Below are positions 31,663 to 41,162 of a stretch of 64,000 nt of DNA, piece after piece. The notes beneath the pieces are model-generated. The model had not been told where the DNA came from. It saw only the letters and a program-made list of their open reading frames with translations, and searched no databases. This stretch comes from an uncultured Gemmatimonadales bacterium (GTDB lineage: Bacteria; Gemmatimonadota; Gemmatimonadetes; Longimicrobiales; RSA9): assembly GCA_963798085.1 (NCBI GenBank), contig CAWCRS010000007.1, positions 96,001 through 160,000 of the forward strand. The letters are read 5' to 3'. Within the stretch, counting starts at the first letter, position 1; each line of letters opens with the position of its first letter. A program made the translations under genes and the position numbers.

Positions 31663-32947
31663 TTATTTGCGGCAGGGTGATGGGCGGACGGTGTAGGCGA
31701 TGTCGACGATGATCCAGCCGTTTTCGGCGCGGGCCAGGTGGAAGGCGTCGGTGCCGCAGTGGCTGAACTGGTCGCCGCGGTGGAAGTCGTAGTAGGTCCA
31801 GACGGCGGCGAGGTTGCCATCGACGCGGACTTCGGGATCGCGCGACTGCTCGTCCAGGCGGGTGCCGGCGCCGGCGACCTGCGTGATGAAGTCGCTGACG
31901 GTGGTGGTGCGCACGCTCGGATGACCCTGCGTTTCGAGCGGCACGAACAGGTGTGCGTCCGGGTGCAGCAGTGCGCGGATCGCGGCGGTGTCAGTGGCGC
32001 GCATGGCATCGAACAGGCGCTGTACGGAGGCCAGGGCGTCGCGTTCATCGGCGGTGCGCGCGGGAATCGGCGTGCCGTAGCGGACCCGCCGCGCGGCCAG
32101 ATCGAACACGTCGCCGGCTTTCAGGAAGTAGTAGCGCCTCGCCGTCGGCATCGCGCGTGTTGTAGAAAGCGACGCGGCTGCGGCCAATGACTTCGGCGAG
32201 ATCACCATGCACGAGGATGGCCGTACCTTCATCGAGGCCGATGCCCAGCAGCTCGGGATAGCGCTTGATTACACCGAGCATGTCGTTCTCACGACCGCGC
32301 ACGAGGATGTGCTGGTCCACCGCTGCGCCGCGCAGGAAACCGAAGCCGCGCTCGTGGCCGGGCGCCATCACGATGGTGTTGCCTTCCACCGCGCCGCGAA
32401 TGAGGTACGACGCCTGCACCGATGCGCCCGCAGAGCTGCCCGCGATGACACCGCCGCGTTCGAGCAACGCGAACAGCTCACGCAGCGTGCGTGTGTCGAG
32501 GTAGGCATCGGTGAGCTTCCACTGGCGGCCCCCGGGGATCCACACGCCGGTCGCCGCGCGCAGCGGCGCGACGAACGATTCCGTGTCCGCGATGCGCGGG
32601 TCGCGTGTGTGCAGGATCTTCACATTCTGCACGCCGGCCTCGCGGAATGGAACGAAGCCGGACCAGTCCTCGGGGAAGGTCTCGTCATCGCCGGCTGTCG
32701 GGATGATCACAATGCGCGCGTTCTTTCCTCCAGCAATGTCAATGAAGCGATTCATGATCTCGGGGCCGAGCCGGCCCCCACCGGCCACGATGAGCGTGCC
32801 GCTGCGCGGTCCCACCGCCGGGGCCGGCACCATGGGGCCACGTTGCGCGGTCAGGGCACGCGGCAGCAGCAGGGTGATGCCAAGCAGCATCACGGGTCCG
32901 ATGCTGGCGCGCGTCGCGCGTGAGCCGGGACGGAACCGGTCGATCAT
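31663..32947 (-). CDS. Secreted cyanophycinase (peptidase S51), apparently fused to a C-terminal NTF2/SnoaL-like domain (frameshift near 32135)
   Basis: IIPTAG, GGRQ, GSSAGA (catalytic Ser), VDQH and GIGLDE. Continues as YYFLKAGDVFDL...VDGNLAAVWTYYDF...SHCGTDAFHL in ORF 31663-32232. Confidence 0.8.
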
Positions 32948-33093
32948 GATCGCGTATCCTTGTGTACCGTGGACGGCTGGTTCATCGTCCGCCTGTCGGC
33001 AGGTCAGCCGGATCCGGGCCGCTGCCAGGCCCGCCCCGAACGCCAATGTTAACCGTCTGCCTCGCGTCATCAAGGCGAGGCCCGGAGGTCATC

Positions 33094-34131
33094 ATGGGAT
33101 CGTCGAGGCCGTTGCGAACACGTGGCGCCATGATTCTGGCCACAACGCTGTTCGCCACGGCGGCGTGCGGCAAGGACGTCACCGGTCCCACGCTCACGGG
33201 CCAGCTCGTGGCCCTGACCAGTTTCGAAGGCAGCCAACCCGCCCTCTTCCTGCAGAACGCCAATGGTACCGAACGGCGTCGTGTGAGCTTCACGGGCGCC
33301 GTCGACAACATCCCGGGCAATGTCCCGCCCGATCTGCTGCCCGTCCGTGACGAGAACATCAAGGCGCTCGGTCCCGTGCGCTGGAGTCCGGACGGCTCGA
33401 AGCTGGCCGTGGTCGTAACCGCCGCCTTCGACCAGTCCGAGGTCGTCATCGTGAACGCGGACGGCACGGGCGCGCGCGTGGCCAGCCCCAATTCACAGAT
33501 CATCCTGAGCAACGTCACATGGTCGCAGGATGGCAACCGCATTGCCTATACCATGAGCACACTGCCCGCCGCGGCCGGCATCAATGTGTTCATGACAGAC
33601 CTGGCGCAGAATCGTGTGACGCGGCTCACCACCGCGTCCGGTATCGGCAGCATAGGCGTGACCATGGCATGGAATGCGGCGGCGTCGCAGCTCTACTATT
33701 CGCGCATCATCGGCGTGGGCGATGGCCCGTTGTTCGAATGGGTTTCCCGCATCCTGACCATCGACGTGAGTTCCCTGGCGCAGACCACGCTCACGGACAG
33801 TCTCACGGGTCTGGTCTCGGGCATGAGCCCGGGCGCGACGTGGGCGCTGCTGCAGCAGCACGTGGACCAGGACCAGACCCTGCAGGTCCGCGACAAGCTG
33901 GTGCGCCGCCCGCTGACCGGGGCAACCGCGAAAGACCTGGTTTCCGCGCGCTTCATGAGCAGCTCGCAGATTGCCGGCGATCCGCAGTACGTGCTCTTCA
34001 CCATTCCCATCTTCGGGACAGCCGATGCCCGGCGTTACCGTGTGATCGACGCCGATGGCGGCGCGGTGGGCAACCTCGACGCCATCGAGACTAACGCCAC
34101 CTCAGCAGACCTGAGGGTGGGAGGCCGCTGA
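33094..34131 (+). CDS. Lipoprotein with TolB/PD40-like beta-propeller
   Basis: Lipobox TAAC; WSPDGSKLA and WSQDGNRIAY. Confidence 0.75.
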   Translation: MGSSRPLRTRGAMILATTLFATAACGKDVTGPTLTGQLVALTSFEGSQPALFLQNANGTERRRVSFTGAVDNIPGNVPPDLLPVRDENIKALGPVRWSPDGSKLAVVVTAAFDQSEVVIVNADGTGARVASPNSQIILSNVTWSQDGNRIAYTMSTLPAAAGINVFMTDLAQNRVTRLTTASGIGSIGVTMAWNAAASQLYYSRIIGVGDGPLFEWVSRILTIDVSSLAQTTLTDSLTGLVSGMSPGATWALLQQHVDQDQTLQVRDKLVRRPLTGATAKDLVSARFMSSSQIAGDPQYVLFTIPIFGTADARRYRVIDADGGAVGNLDAIETNATSADLRVGGR

Positions 34132-34230
34132 GTCTTCGGAGGGCGCAGGGCTGTACAGGAGGGGTCGCGAGGTTGCGGGGAAGAGGTCGGTCGGCACCGG
34201 CCCGGACCGGCGGATACACAGTAACCCTCG

Positions 34231-34596
34231 AGCATTGTTCCTCCGTAGAGGAACGACATTTATCACACAGTGGCCACAGGGTCAGACGGAGGACGGATCT
34301 GTTGAGGCTGTCCGACCGGCTGACGCGTTCTTGCACACATTCCTCCAGCATTGTGGCTCCGTAGAGGAACGACATTTATCACACAGTGGCCACAGGATCA
34401 GACGGAGGAGGGATGTTAATTGTACGTTAGGGGCTTGCGGGAAGGCGAGGCAGGGCAGGATCTCAATTCTGAACTCAACCGCCGTTCGCCGTGTGCGCTC
34501 CGCCCGGTTCCAGCAGACTGATCGTCTCTGTTATCCGTCCTCTGTCTGACCCTGTGGCCCTGTGTGAAAATAATCTGTTCTCGGCGTCTCGGTGTG
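34231..34596. repeat. Repeat cluster: two 63-bp direct repeats (34231-34293, 34347-34409) plus an inverted copy (34533-34596)
   Basis: AGCATTGT..CTCCGTAGAGGAACGACATTTATCACACAGTGGCCACAGG.TCAGACGGAGGA occurs twice with period 116; its 3' half recurs as a reverse complement downstream. Confidence 0.85.
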
Positions 34597-34687
34597 AGAA
34601 TGTCGTTTGCGGAGGCCGCCCACGCGCCTGGCTCGCCAGCGACGCGGCCAGCGACTGCAGTCCGCCCCGTACCGCCCCACCCCCCTC

Positions 34688-35463
34688 TCATGCCTCTCGA
34701 TGCACGACGTAGAATGTTGCGCTGCGCGGTGGGCATCGACGATGAGGTCGGCGATGTTGACGTGGTCGGGCAGGCTGGTGACCCAGTAGACAGCCTCGGC
34801 GACGTCATCGCCGGAGAGCGGCTGGAAACCCTGATAGGTCTTGCGGGCGCGGTCGTCGTCGCCGCGGAAGCGCACGCTCGAGAACTCGGTTTCGACGAAG
34901 CCGGGGTCGACGCTGGACACGCGGATCGCGGTGCCCGCGAGGTCGAGGCTGATGCCCTGCGTGAGTGCGTTCACGGCGAACTTCGTGGCGGCGTACACGT
35001 TGCCGTTGGGGTACGTCATGTGGCCGGCGGTGCTGCCGATGTTGACGACGTGACCACGGCCGCGGCGCACCATGGCGGGGAGCACGGCGCGGGTGGCGTA
35101 GAGCAGACCCTTGATGTTCGTGTCGATCATCTCGTCCCAGTCATCGGGATCGCCTTCCCACACCTTGCTCATGCCTCTCGCCAGGCCGGCGTTGTTGATC
35201 AGAACGTCGGGCACGTCGCCGGCTTCCAGCATGGCTGCCGTGGCGGCCTGTACGCCGTCGCGCTCGCGCACGTCGACCTGCGCCACGTGCACGCGCGTGC
35301 CGTGCAGATTCTCCAGCTGGTCCGCGATGCGGTCGAGCCGTTCCAGGCGACGCGCCCAGAGAATCAGGTTGGCGCCATCCGCCGCGAAGCGACGTGCGCA
35401 CGCTTCACCGATGCCCGAGCTGGCGCCGGTGATCAGGACGAGCCTGCCGGTCATGTGGTTCAT
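34688..35463 (-). CDS. SDR oxidoreductase, YdfG-like (3' end frameshifted)
   Basis: ITGASSGIG, NNAGLA, YAATK and VDPGFVETEFS. TGATG overlap with the upstream gene; the true stop near 34688 is inferred. Confidence 0.88.
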
Positions 35464-36923
35464 CAATGCGTAGTGCCGGTGAGTTCGGTCGCGCTGTGCG
35501 ATTGTTGGCTGGTCGCCTTGCCGCGCGTCCAGCGGGCAAGGACATCATCGACCAGGCTGACACGATAGCCCGCGCGCTGCAGCAGCGAAACCGCTGATGC
35601 TGCGCGGGCGCCTGTCTCGCAGTGTACTGCGACCTCGCGCTCGCGCGGCACTTCGGCCAGGCGAGGCACGAGGCGGGTGTGGGCGATGTTCTGTGCGTCG
35701 GGTATGGCGCCCGCCGCGAATTCCCACGCGCCGCGCACGTCGAGTACGTGCACGGTGCCGGCGGCGCGGCGTCGCTCCATCTCGCCGAAGTCGATGCGCT
35801 CGGTGGTCTCCAGCACACCGCGCGCCGCGGCCCATGCGGCAAGGTCCTCGGGCGTGGCAAAGGCGACAATGTGATCGTAGCCGATGCGGATCAGATCGGT
35901 GACGGCGTCGCGCACACGAGCTTCGGCAACAATGAGCGCAATGGACTGCGCCGGGTCGACGTAGGATCCGACGATCGTGGGAAACGACTTGTTGAGCGGC
36001 GCGAACAGGGCGAGAGGCAGGTGGCCCGACGTGAATGCTTCACGCTCGCGCCGCGCGTCGAGCAGCACGATGTCACCGGCCGTCAGTTGCTGCGCGAGCC
36101 GGCTCACGGGCGTGCGCACCGGTTCCGGCAGACGGCCCAGCACGGGTGCGCCATCGCGGTTCAGCTGCTTCATGCGTGCGAAATAGGGAGGCGGTTCCGG
36201 CTGTCCCGCGAGGATGAAATCGACGAAGGGCCGTTCGCCGGCGTGCACCGCCGCGAACGCGGGGCTGAAGCGTCGCTCGTAGCCCACCGTGCTCTCGGGT
36301 ACCGCACCCAGCGCCTTGCCGCAGGCGCTGCCCGCGCCGTGGCCGGGCCACACCTGCAGGTAATCCGGCAGCTCGAGGAAGCCGACCGCCGAGCGGTACA
36401 GCTGCCGCGCGGCTGGCTCCATTGCGCCCTTCACGCCGGCCGCGGTCTCCAGCAGGTCGGGCCGGCCGAGGTCGCCCACGAAAACGAAATCGCCTGTTAC
36501 CATGCCCATGGGTTCCGTCGCGCCACCGCCGCGGTCGGTCACCAGATAGCCCGTGTGCTCGGGCGTGTGGCCGGGCGTGTGCACCGCGCGAATTTCGATG
36601 TTACCAATGCGGAAGGTGTCGCCGTGGCGCAGCAGCGTGACGTCGTAGCCGGCGGTCCAGCCATAGCGCCATTCGGGCGGCGCTTCACCGGGCAGGAAGA
36701 CGCGCACACCGCGATCCGCGAACTCGCGGCAGCCGGACAGGAAATCGGCGTGAATGTGCGTTTCCGCGACGGCCGTCACGCGCAGGCCCTCCGCCTGCGC
36801 CAGCGCGATGTAGCGGTCGATATCGCGCTCCGGGTCGATGATCAGCGCTTCGCGCGTCTGCTGACAGGCGATGAGATAGGCATTCTGCGCGAGTCGCTCA
36901 TCCACGATCTGTCGGAACAGCAT
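35463..36923 (-). CDS. MBL-fold hydrolase fused to two rhodanese domains (persulfide dioxygenase-rhodanese type)
   Basis: ETHIHADFLSG, HTPGHTPEH, TGDFVFVGDLGRPDLL, PGHGAGSACGK and terminal rhodanese LDVR...VHCETGARA. Confidence 0.92.
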   Translation of the reverse strand: MLFRQIVDERLAQNAYLIACQQTREALIIDPERDIDRYIALAQAEGLRVTAVAETHIHADFLSGCREFADRGVRVFLPGEAPPEWRYGWTAGYDVTLLRHGDTFRIGNIEIRAVHTPGHTPEHTGYLVTDRGGGATEPMGMVTGDFVFVGDLGRPDLLETAAGVKGAMEPAARQLYRSAVGFLELPDYLQVWPGHGAGSACGKALGAVPESTVGYERRFSPAFAAVHAGERPFVDFILAGQPEPPPYFARMKQLNRDGAPVLGRLPEPVRTPVSRLAQQLTAGDIVLLDARREREAFTSGHLPLALFAPLNKSFPTIVGSYVDPAQSIALIVAEARVRDAVTDLIRIGYDHIVAFATPEDLAAWAAARGVLETTERIDFGEMERRRAAGTVHVLDVRGAWEFAAGAIPDAQNIAHTRLVPRLAEVPREREVAVHCETGARAASAVSLLQRAGYRVSLVDDVLARWTRGKATSQQSHSATELTGTTH

Positions 36924-36938
36924 TCGTCCTCCCCGCGT

Positions 36939-37448
36939 TCAGTGCGGCAGGCGAGGCCGCAGCACGGCATAGGCACACGTACCCGCCAGCGCCGCGGCGA
37001 GGGCCACCAGCATGACCGTCACGCCGCTGCCCATCAGTGCGAAGATGGGGCCGGGACACGCGCCCAGCAGGGCCCAGCCGAGACCGAAGCGAATGCCGCC
37101 CATCCAGTAGCGGCTCAGCACGGGCGTGCGCTCCTTGGGCGGAATCGACACCCGCTCACCGCCCAGTGTACGGGCGTTGCCGCCGCGCAGCAGGCGCAGG
37201 GTCAGGGCCGCCACTAACACGGCGCTACCCATGAGACCGTACATGTGAATGCTCTGGAAACGGAACATCTCCTGAATGCGGAACCAGGAGACGGCTTCCG
37301 ACTTGGCGAGCAGGATGCCGAAGCCGGTGCCCAGCACCAGGTACGCAAACAGGCTGGCCGGACTCTCGCCGACCGATGGAAGAGCTTCGTCGTCCATCTC
37401 GTGAATCAGCTGCTCATCCGTGAGCCGGGACTCGAGCGCGGGACTCAC
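36939..37448 (-). CDS. YeeE/YedE-family (DUF6691) sulfur transport membrane protein
   Basis: SWFRIQEMFRFQSIHMYG and FGLGWALLGACPGP. Confidence 0.85.
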   Translation of the reverse strand: MSPALESRLTDEQLIHEMDDEALPSVGESPASLFAYLVLGTGFGILLAKSEAVSWFRIQEMFRFQSIHMYGLMGSAVLVAALTLRLLRGGNARTLGGERVSIPPKERTPVLSRYWMGGIRFGLGWALLGACPGPIFALMGSGVTVMLVALAAALAGTCAYAVLRPRLPH

Positions 37449-38022
37449 AGGTACGCCCCGCGAGCAGTGCGGCAGCAGCCAGTGCGTAGCCAGCAGGCCG
37501 CCCGCGAAGAAGCCGAGCACGGCGAGCAGCGAGGGCAGCTCGAGATTGGCCAGACCGGTAATGCCGTGACCCGACGTGCAGCCGCCGGCCCAGCGCGAGC
37601 CGAAGCCCACGAGGAACCCGCCCAGCACGACGAAGGTCAGGCCCGGAAGCGAGAGCAGGCTGCTCCAGGAGAAGAGCTGTCGCGGCACCAGGCCGTGATA
37701 GTCGGTGATGCCCAGCGCGCCGAGGTCGCGCTGCGTGGCCTGCGAAATGGCCACGACCGCGTCCGGACTGCCCAGCACGTGCGTCGCGATCCAGCCGCCC
37801 AGCGCGATGCCCGCGGCGAAGACCAGATTCCAGAGACCGGTACGCTTCCAGTCGTAACGGAAGAACGCGTGCCGGCGCGACAGCGTGATGGCGCAGAGGT
37901 GACGGAAATTCGAGGACACGCCGAACAGCCGGTTTCCCACGAGCAGCAGCAATGGCACGGACCAGGCCGATCAGCGGCCCGGCAATGTACCAGGGCCACG
38001 GTCTGGAGAGCATTTCGATCAT
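37445..38022 (-). CDS. YeeE/YedE thiosulfate transporter family protein (frameshifts near 37958 and 37470)
   Basis: PWPWYIAGPLIGL, GNRLFGVSSNFRHLC and GFGSRWAGGCTSGHGI. Confidence 0.85.
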
Positions 38023-38287
38023 TGTGTGGTTCGGTCGGGCGCGCGACTTCACGCGCGGCGTTGATGGATCGAGGGGCCCCCGGGGTTGGCCGGTCCGGGC
38101 GGCTCCGCCACAAATGGCCGTACGCGCAATCTAGAAAATCGCGACCGCCCTGCCAACGTCCCGCGGCACAGGCGCCGGCACCCGCCAACCGGCGCGACCC
38201 ATGCCGGTGTCCAACCCGGTGGTACTTCCATGAGTGCGCCGGCAGGCACCGGCGCCGCATCGATCCACTCGAATGGAGTTTCGCGCG

Positions 38288-39004
38288 ATGCCTCGCATCC
38301 CCATGTCCAGGACTCTCGTCGCCGCTCTGCTCGCAGTCGGTTTCACGACGGCAGCACACGCGCAACGACGCTACTCGTCTGCCTCGTCGGGCGACGCCGG
38401 CGGCCGCGGCTTCTTCATGATCGGCGCCGAGTACATGGACCTCGACGAGCTGAATACCGTGCTGGCACAGCACAACTACCCGCAATTCGACGACTACTTC
38501 CTCACGCTGGGCGGCGGGGGCCTGGCCGTCCGTAACAACTTCGTGCTGGGCGGTGAGGGCCACGCGCTGCTGCAGTCCGCAAAGACGCAGGCGGGCGAGC
38601 AGTTCCGCACTTCGGTCATGGGCGGCTACGGCATGTTCGACGCGGGCTATCAGGTAGTGCACACCCGCCACGTCGCGATCTACCCGCTGCTGGGCATTGG
38701 CGGCGGCGGCATCACGCTCAGCATCCGGCAGCGCGCCACACTCGATTTCAATGATGTGCTGGTCGATCCCGGCCGCGGCGTGCAGCTCACCAACGGTGAG
38801 CTGCTGGTGGGCGGCGCCCTGGGCGCCGACTGGCTCATCAGCTCCGGTAACCGCGGCGGCTTCATGCTGGGCCTGCGCGCCGGTTACAACTACGCACCGC
38901 TGGAGGCGGACTGGCGCTTCGGCGAGAACAATGTTGCCGGTGGTCCGCAGTCCGGCCTGACCGGCGCTTACGTGCGCGTGAGCATCGGCGGCGGCCGGCG
39001 CTAG
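38288..39004 (+). CDS. Putative outer-membrane beta-barrel protein
   Basis: Signal peptide (AHA-Q); Gly/aromatic-rich amphipathic strands; C-terminal GAYVRVSIG. Confidence 0.6.
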   Translation: MPRIPMSRTLVAALLAVGFTTAAHAQRRYSSASSGDAGGRGFFMIGAEYMDLDELNTVLAQHNYPQFDDYFLTLGGGGLAVRNNFVLGGEGHALLQSAKTQAGEQFRTSVMGGYGMFDAGYQVVHTRHVAIYPLLGIGGGGITLSIRQRATLDFNDVLVDPGRGVQLTNGELLVGGALGADWLISSGNRGGFMLGLRAGYNYAPLEADWRFGENNVAGGPQSGLTGAYVRVSIGGGRR

Positions 39005-39076
39005 CGCGGGCAGGCTCGGCGGCGTTCCCTCGAACGCTGCCCATCGCAACGCGCAGCCGCGGTTCCAACCCTCCGC

Positions 39077-39104
39077 TGTAACACGCGTGCGGTCAGGCCG
39101 GTTA
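39077..39104 (+). promoter_or_regulatory. Putative ECF sigma autoregulatory promoter
   Basis: TGTAAC-N17-GGTTA just upstream of the ECF gene; the AAC -35 core is typical of ECF promoters. Confidence 0.5.
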
Positions 39105-39117
39105 TCCCTGTGATCGC

Positions 39118-39669
39118 ATGCGTGAATCGATGCAGACGGAACCAGCCGACGAAACGCTGATGCGCGCGCTGGGCGCGGGGCACACGGAGGCGCTGGGCAC
39201 ACTGTTCCAGCGCCACCATGCCGGCGTGTACGCGTACTGCGCGCGACTCACGCTCGACCGCGAGGCGGCCGCCGACCTCGTGCAGGACACGTTTCTGCGC
39301 GTGCTCCGCTATCGCGACAGCTTCACGCGAGCGCACGACTTCAAGCCCTGGCTGCTGCGCGTGGCGCGCAATGCCTGCCGCGACTTCGCGGCCCGCCGCC
39401 ACGGACAGCAGCGCAGCGAAGCGCGCTGGCTGGCCGAATCGATGGCGGACCCGGGCGAGAACGCGCCGCGCGACGCACAGCTGGAGCACGCTCTGGCCCG
39501 ACTGCCCGCAGCGGATCGCGATGTGCTGGTGCTCAAGCGCTTCCACGATCTGACGTACGCCGAGCTGGCCGCCGTGCTCGGCTGCCGCGAGGGCGCGGCG
39601 CGCGTGCGCGTGCACCGCGCGCTCAGACGGCTCCAGGAAATCATGCGAACCAGCGGGTGCAGGCCATGA
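39118..39669 (+). CDS. ECF RNA polymerase sigma-70 factor
   Basis: DLVQDTFLR, FKPWLLRVARN and region 4 LTYAELAAVLG...RVRVHRA. Confidence 0.92.
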   Translation: MRESMQTEPADETLMRALGAGHTEALGTLFQRHHAGVYAYCARLTLDREAAADLVQDTFLRVLRYRDSFTRAHDFKPWLLRVARNACRDFAARRHGQQRSEARWLAESMADPGENAPRDAQLEHALARLPAADRDVLVLKRFHDLTYAELAAVLGCREGAARVRVHRALRRLQEIMRTSGCRP

Positions 39670-40430
39670 GCTGCGAGACGTACCAGACGCGAATGACGGT
39701 GGCGCTGACCGGCGAGCTTTCCCGGGAGGAAGCGGCCGACCTGGCGCGACACCTCGAGACGTGCGCCGCCTGCCGTGGGCTGCAACAGCAGGTTAGTGCG
39801 CTGTGGCGCGACCTCGCCCGGCTGACGCCACCGTCGCCGCCCGCCAGCGTGGAAGCGGGTTTCCGCGCAAGGCTGCACCACGCCCGGCCGGACGCGCCGC
39901 CGCCTGCGGTGCGCGACACGACCCGCGCGCGGCGCGGGACCGGCGGGTTGCACAGGATCCACCCGGCATGGCTCGCCGCAGCCGCCATCACGGCGCTGCT
40001 GAGCGGCTACGCGCTGGGACGACAGTCGCTGCCGGCCGGTGCCGGCAGGCCCGCCCTCGCCAGCAACACGGCACCGGTGAGCGCGCCCGCAGGGCAGGAG
40101 TACCTGCTGCTGCTGCGCGGTCCCGCCGGCAGCGGCACGCCGGTACGTGCGCAGGAGGATGCCGCCACGGTGGCCGAGTATCGCCGCTGGGCGGAATCGT
40201 TGCAGGCGGATGGCACGCTGGTCAGCGCCGAGAAGCTGCAGGACAGCACGGGCTATCGCCTGAGCCCGAACGGTGCGCGCGCACCCCTCAGCGACAGCGC
40301 TGCCGAGCGCATCGGCGGGTTCTTCCTGATACGCGCTCACGATGCGGCGGAGGCCGAAGCGATCGCACGCGGCTGTCCGCATCTCCGTCACGGCGGCAGC
40401 GTCGAGCTGCGCGCCATCGACCCAACCTGA
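39666..40430 (+). CDS. Zinc-finger (ZAS, zf-HC2) anti-sigma factor with TM helix and C-terminal YciI-like domain
   Basis: HLETCAAC; TM WLAAAAITALLSGYALG; ERIGGFFLIRAHDAAEAEAIARGCPHLRHGGSVELRAI. Confidence 0.82.
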   Translation: MSCETYQTRMTVALTGELSREEAADLARHLETCAACRGLQQQVSALWRDLARLTPPSPPASVEAGFRARLHHARPDAPPPAVRDTTRARRGTGGLHRIHPAWLAAAAITALLSGYALGRQSLPAGAGRPALASNTAPVSAPAGQEYLLLLRGPAGSGTPVRAQEDAATVAEYRRWAESLQADGTLVSAEKLQDSTGYRLSPNGARAPLSDSAAERIGGFFLIRAHDAAEAEAIARGCPHLRHGGSVELRAIDPT

Positions 40431-40444
40431 CGCGCCGAGGGCCC

Positions 40445-41152
40445 ATGACGATGCACCAGGAGCACACCGGCCGGAATCTAACAGCCCGTTTGACGGGCGC
40501 TCAGTGGATCGCGCGCGGCACGCGCGGCGCGTGCGGCGCCGCTTGCCTCGCACTGTACGCCGGGCCGCTGCTCGCGCAACAGGGTGCGCGGGCGCTGCCC
40601 CCGCTGCTGCCGGACTCGCAGGAGATCCGACTGGCGCTGAGCGCGGCGCCGCCGGAAATCTCCCGGGATGCCGATGTCTGGGTGCTGCGGCGAGGTGGCC
40701 ATGTGAAGGTGAAGAGTGGAACCAGCGGCGTCGCCTGCCTCGTATCCCGTGACAACCCCGACAGTCTCTATCCCATCTGCTACGACGCGGAGGCGGCGCG
40801 CACCATTCTCTGGTTCGAAATGCGCGAACAGCAGCTGCGCGAGCGCGGCCTGGACGAGGCCGCCATTGATAGCGCCATTGCCCAGGCGGTTGCGCGCGGC
40901 GAACTGCACGCGCCGACACGTCCCGCGCTCTCCTGGATGATGAGCCCGGAACAGGTGATTTACGACGGCGCCCATGGCCGGCGGGTGGGACAGTGGCACC
41001 CGCATATCATGATCTACATGCCGTACATGATGCAGGCGCAGCTGGGCTTCAAGGGGATGAGCGACGGCGACCTGTCACTGCAGAACGAAGGCAAGGCGAC
41101 CGCGCACCTGCTGGTGCTGGAGCGGGACTGGGCGCGCCCCGCCGTGCATTGA
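40445..41152 (+). CDS. Secreted hypothetical protein
   Basis: Signal peptide; EIRLALSAAP, GVACLV, PICYD, LSWMMS and WHPHIMIY. Confidence 0.7.
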   Translation: MTMHQEHTGRNLTARLTGAQWIARGTRGACGAACLALYAGPLLAQQGARALPPLLPDSQEIRLALSAAPPEISRDADVWVLRRGGHVKVKSGTSGVACLVSRDNPDSLYPICYDAEAARTILWFEMREQQLRERGLDEAAIDSAIAQAVARGELHAPTRPALSWMMSPEQVIYDGAHGRRVGQWHPHIMIYMPYMMQAQLGFKGMSDGDLSLQNEGKATAHLLVLERDWARPAVH

Positions 41153-41162
41153 GCCGCGGCCG

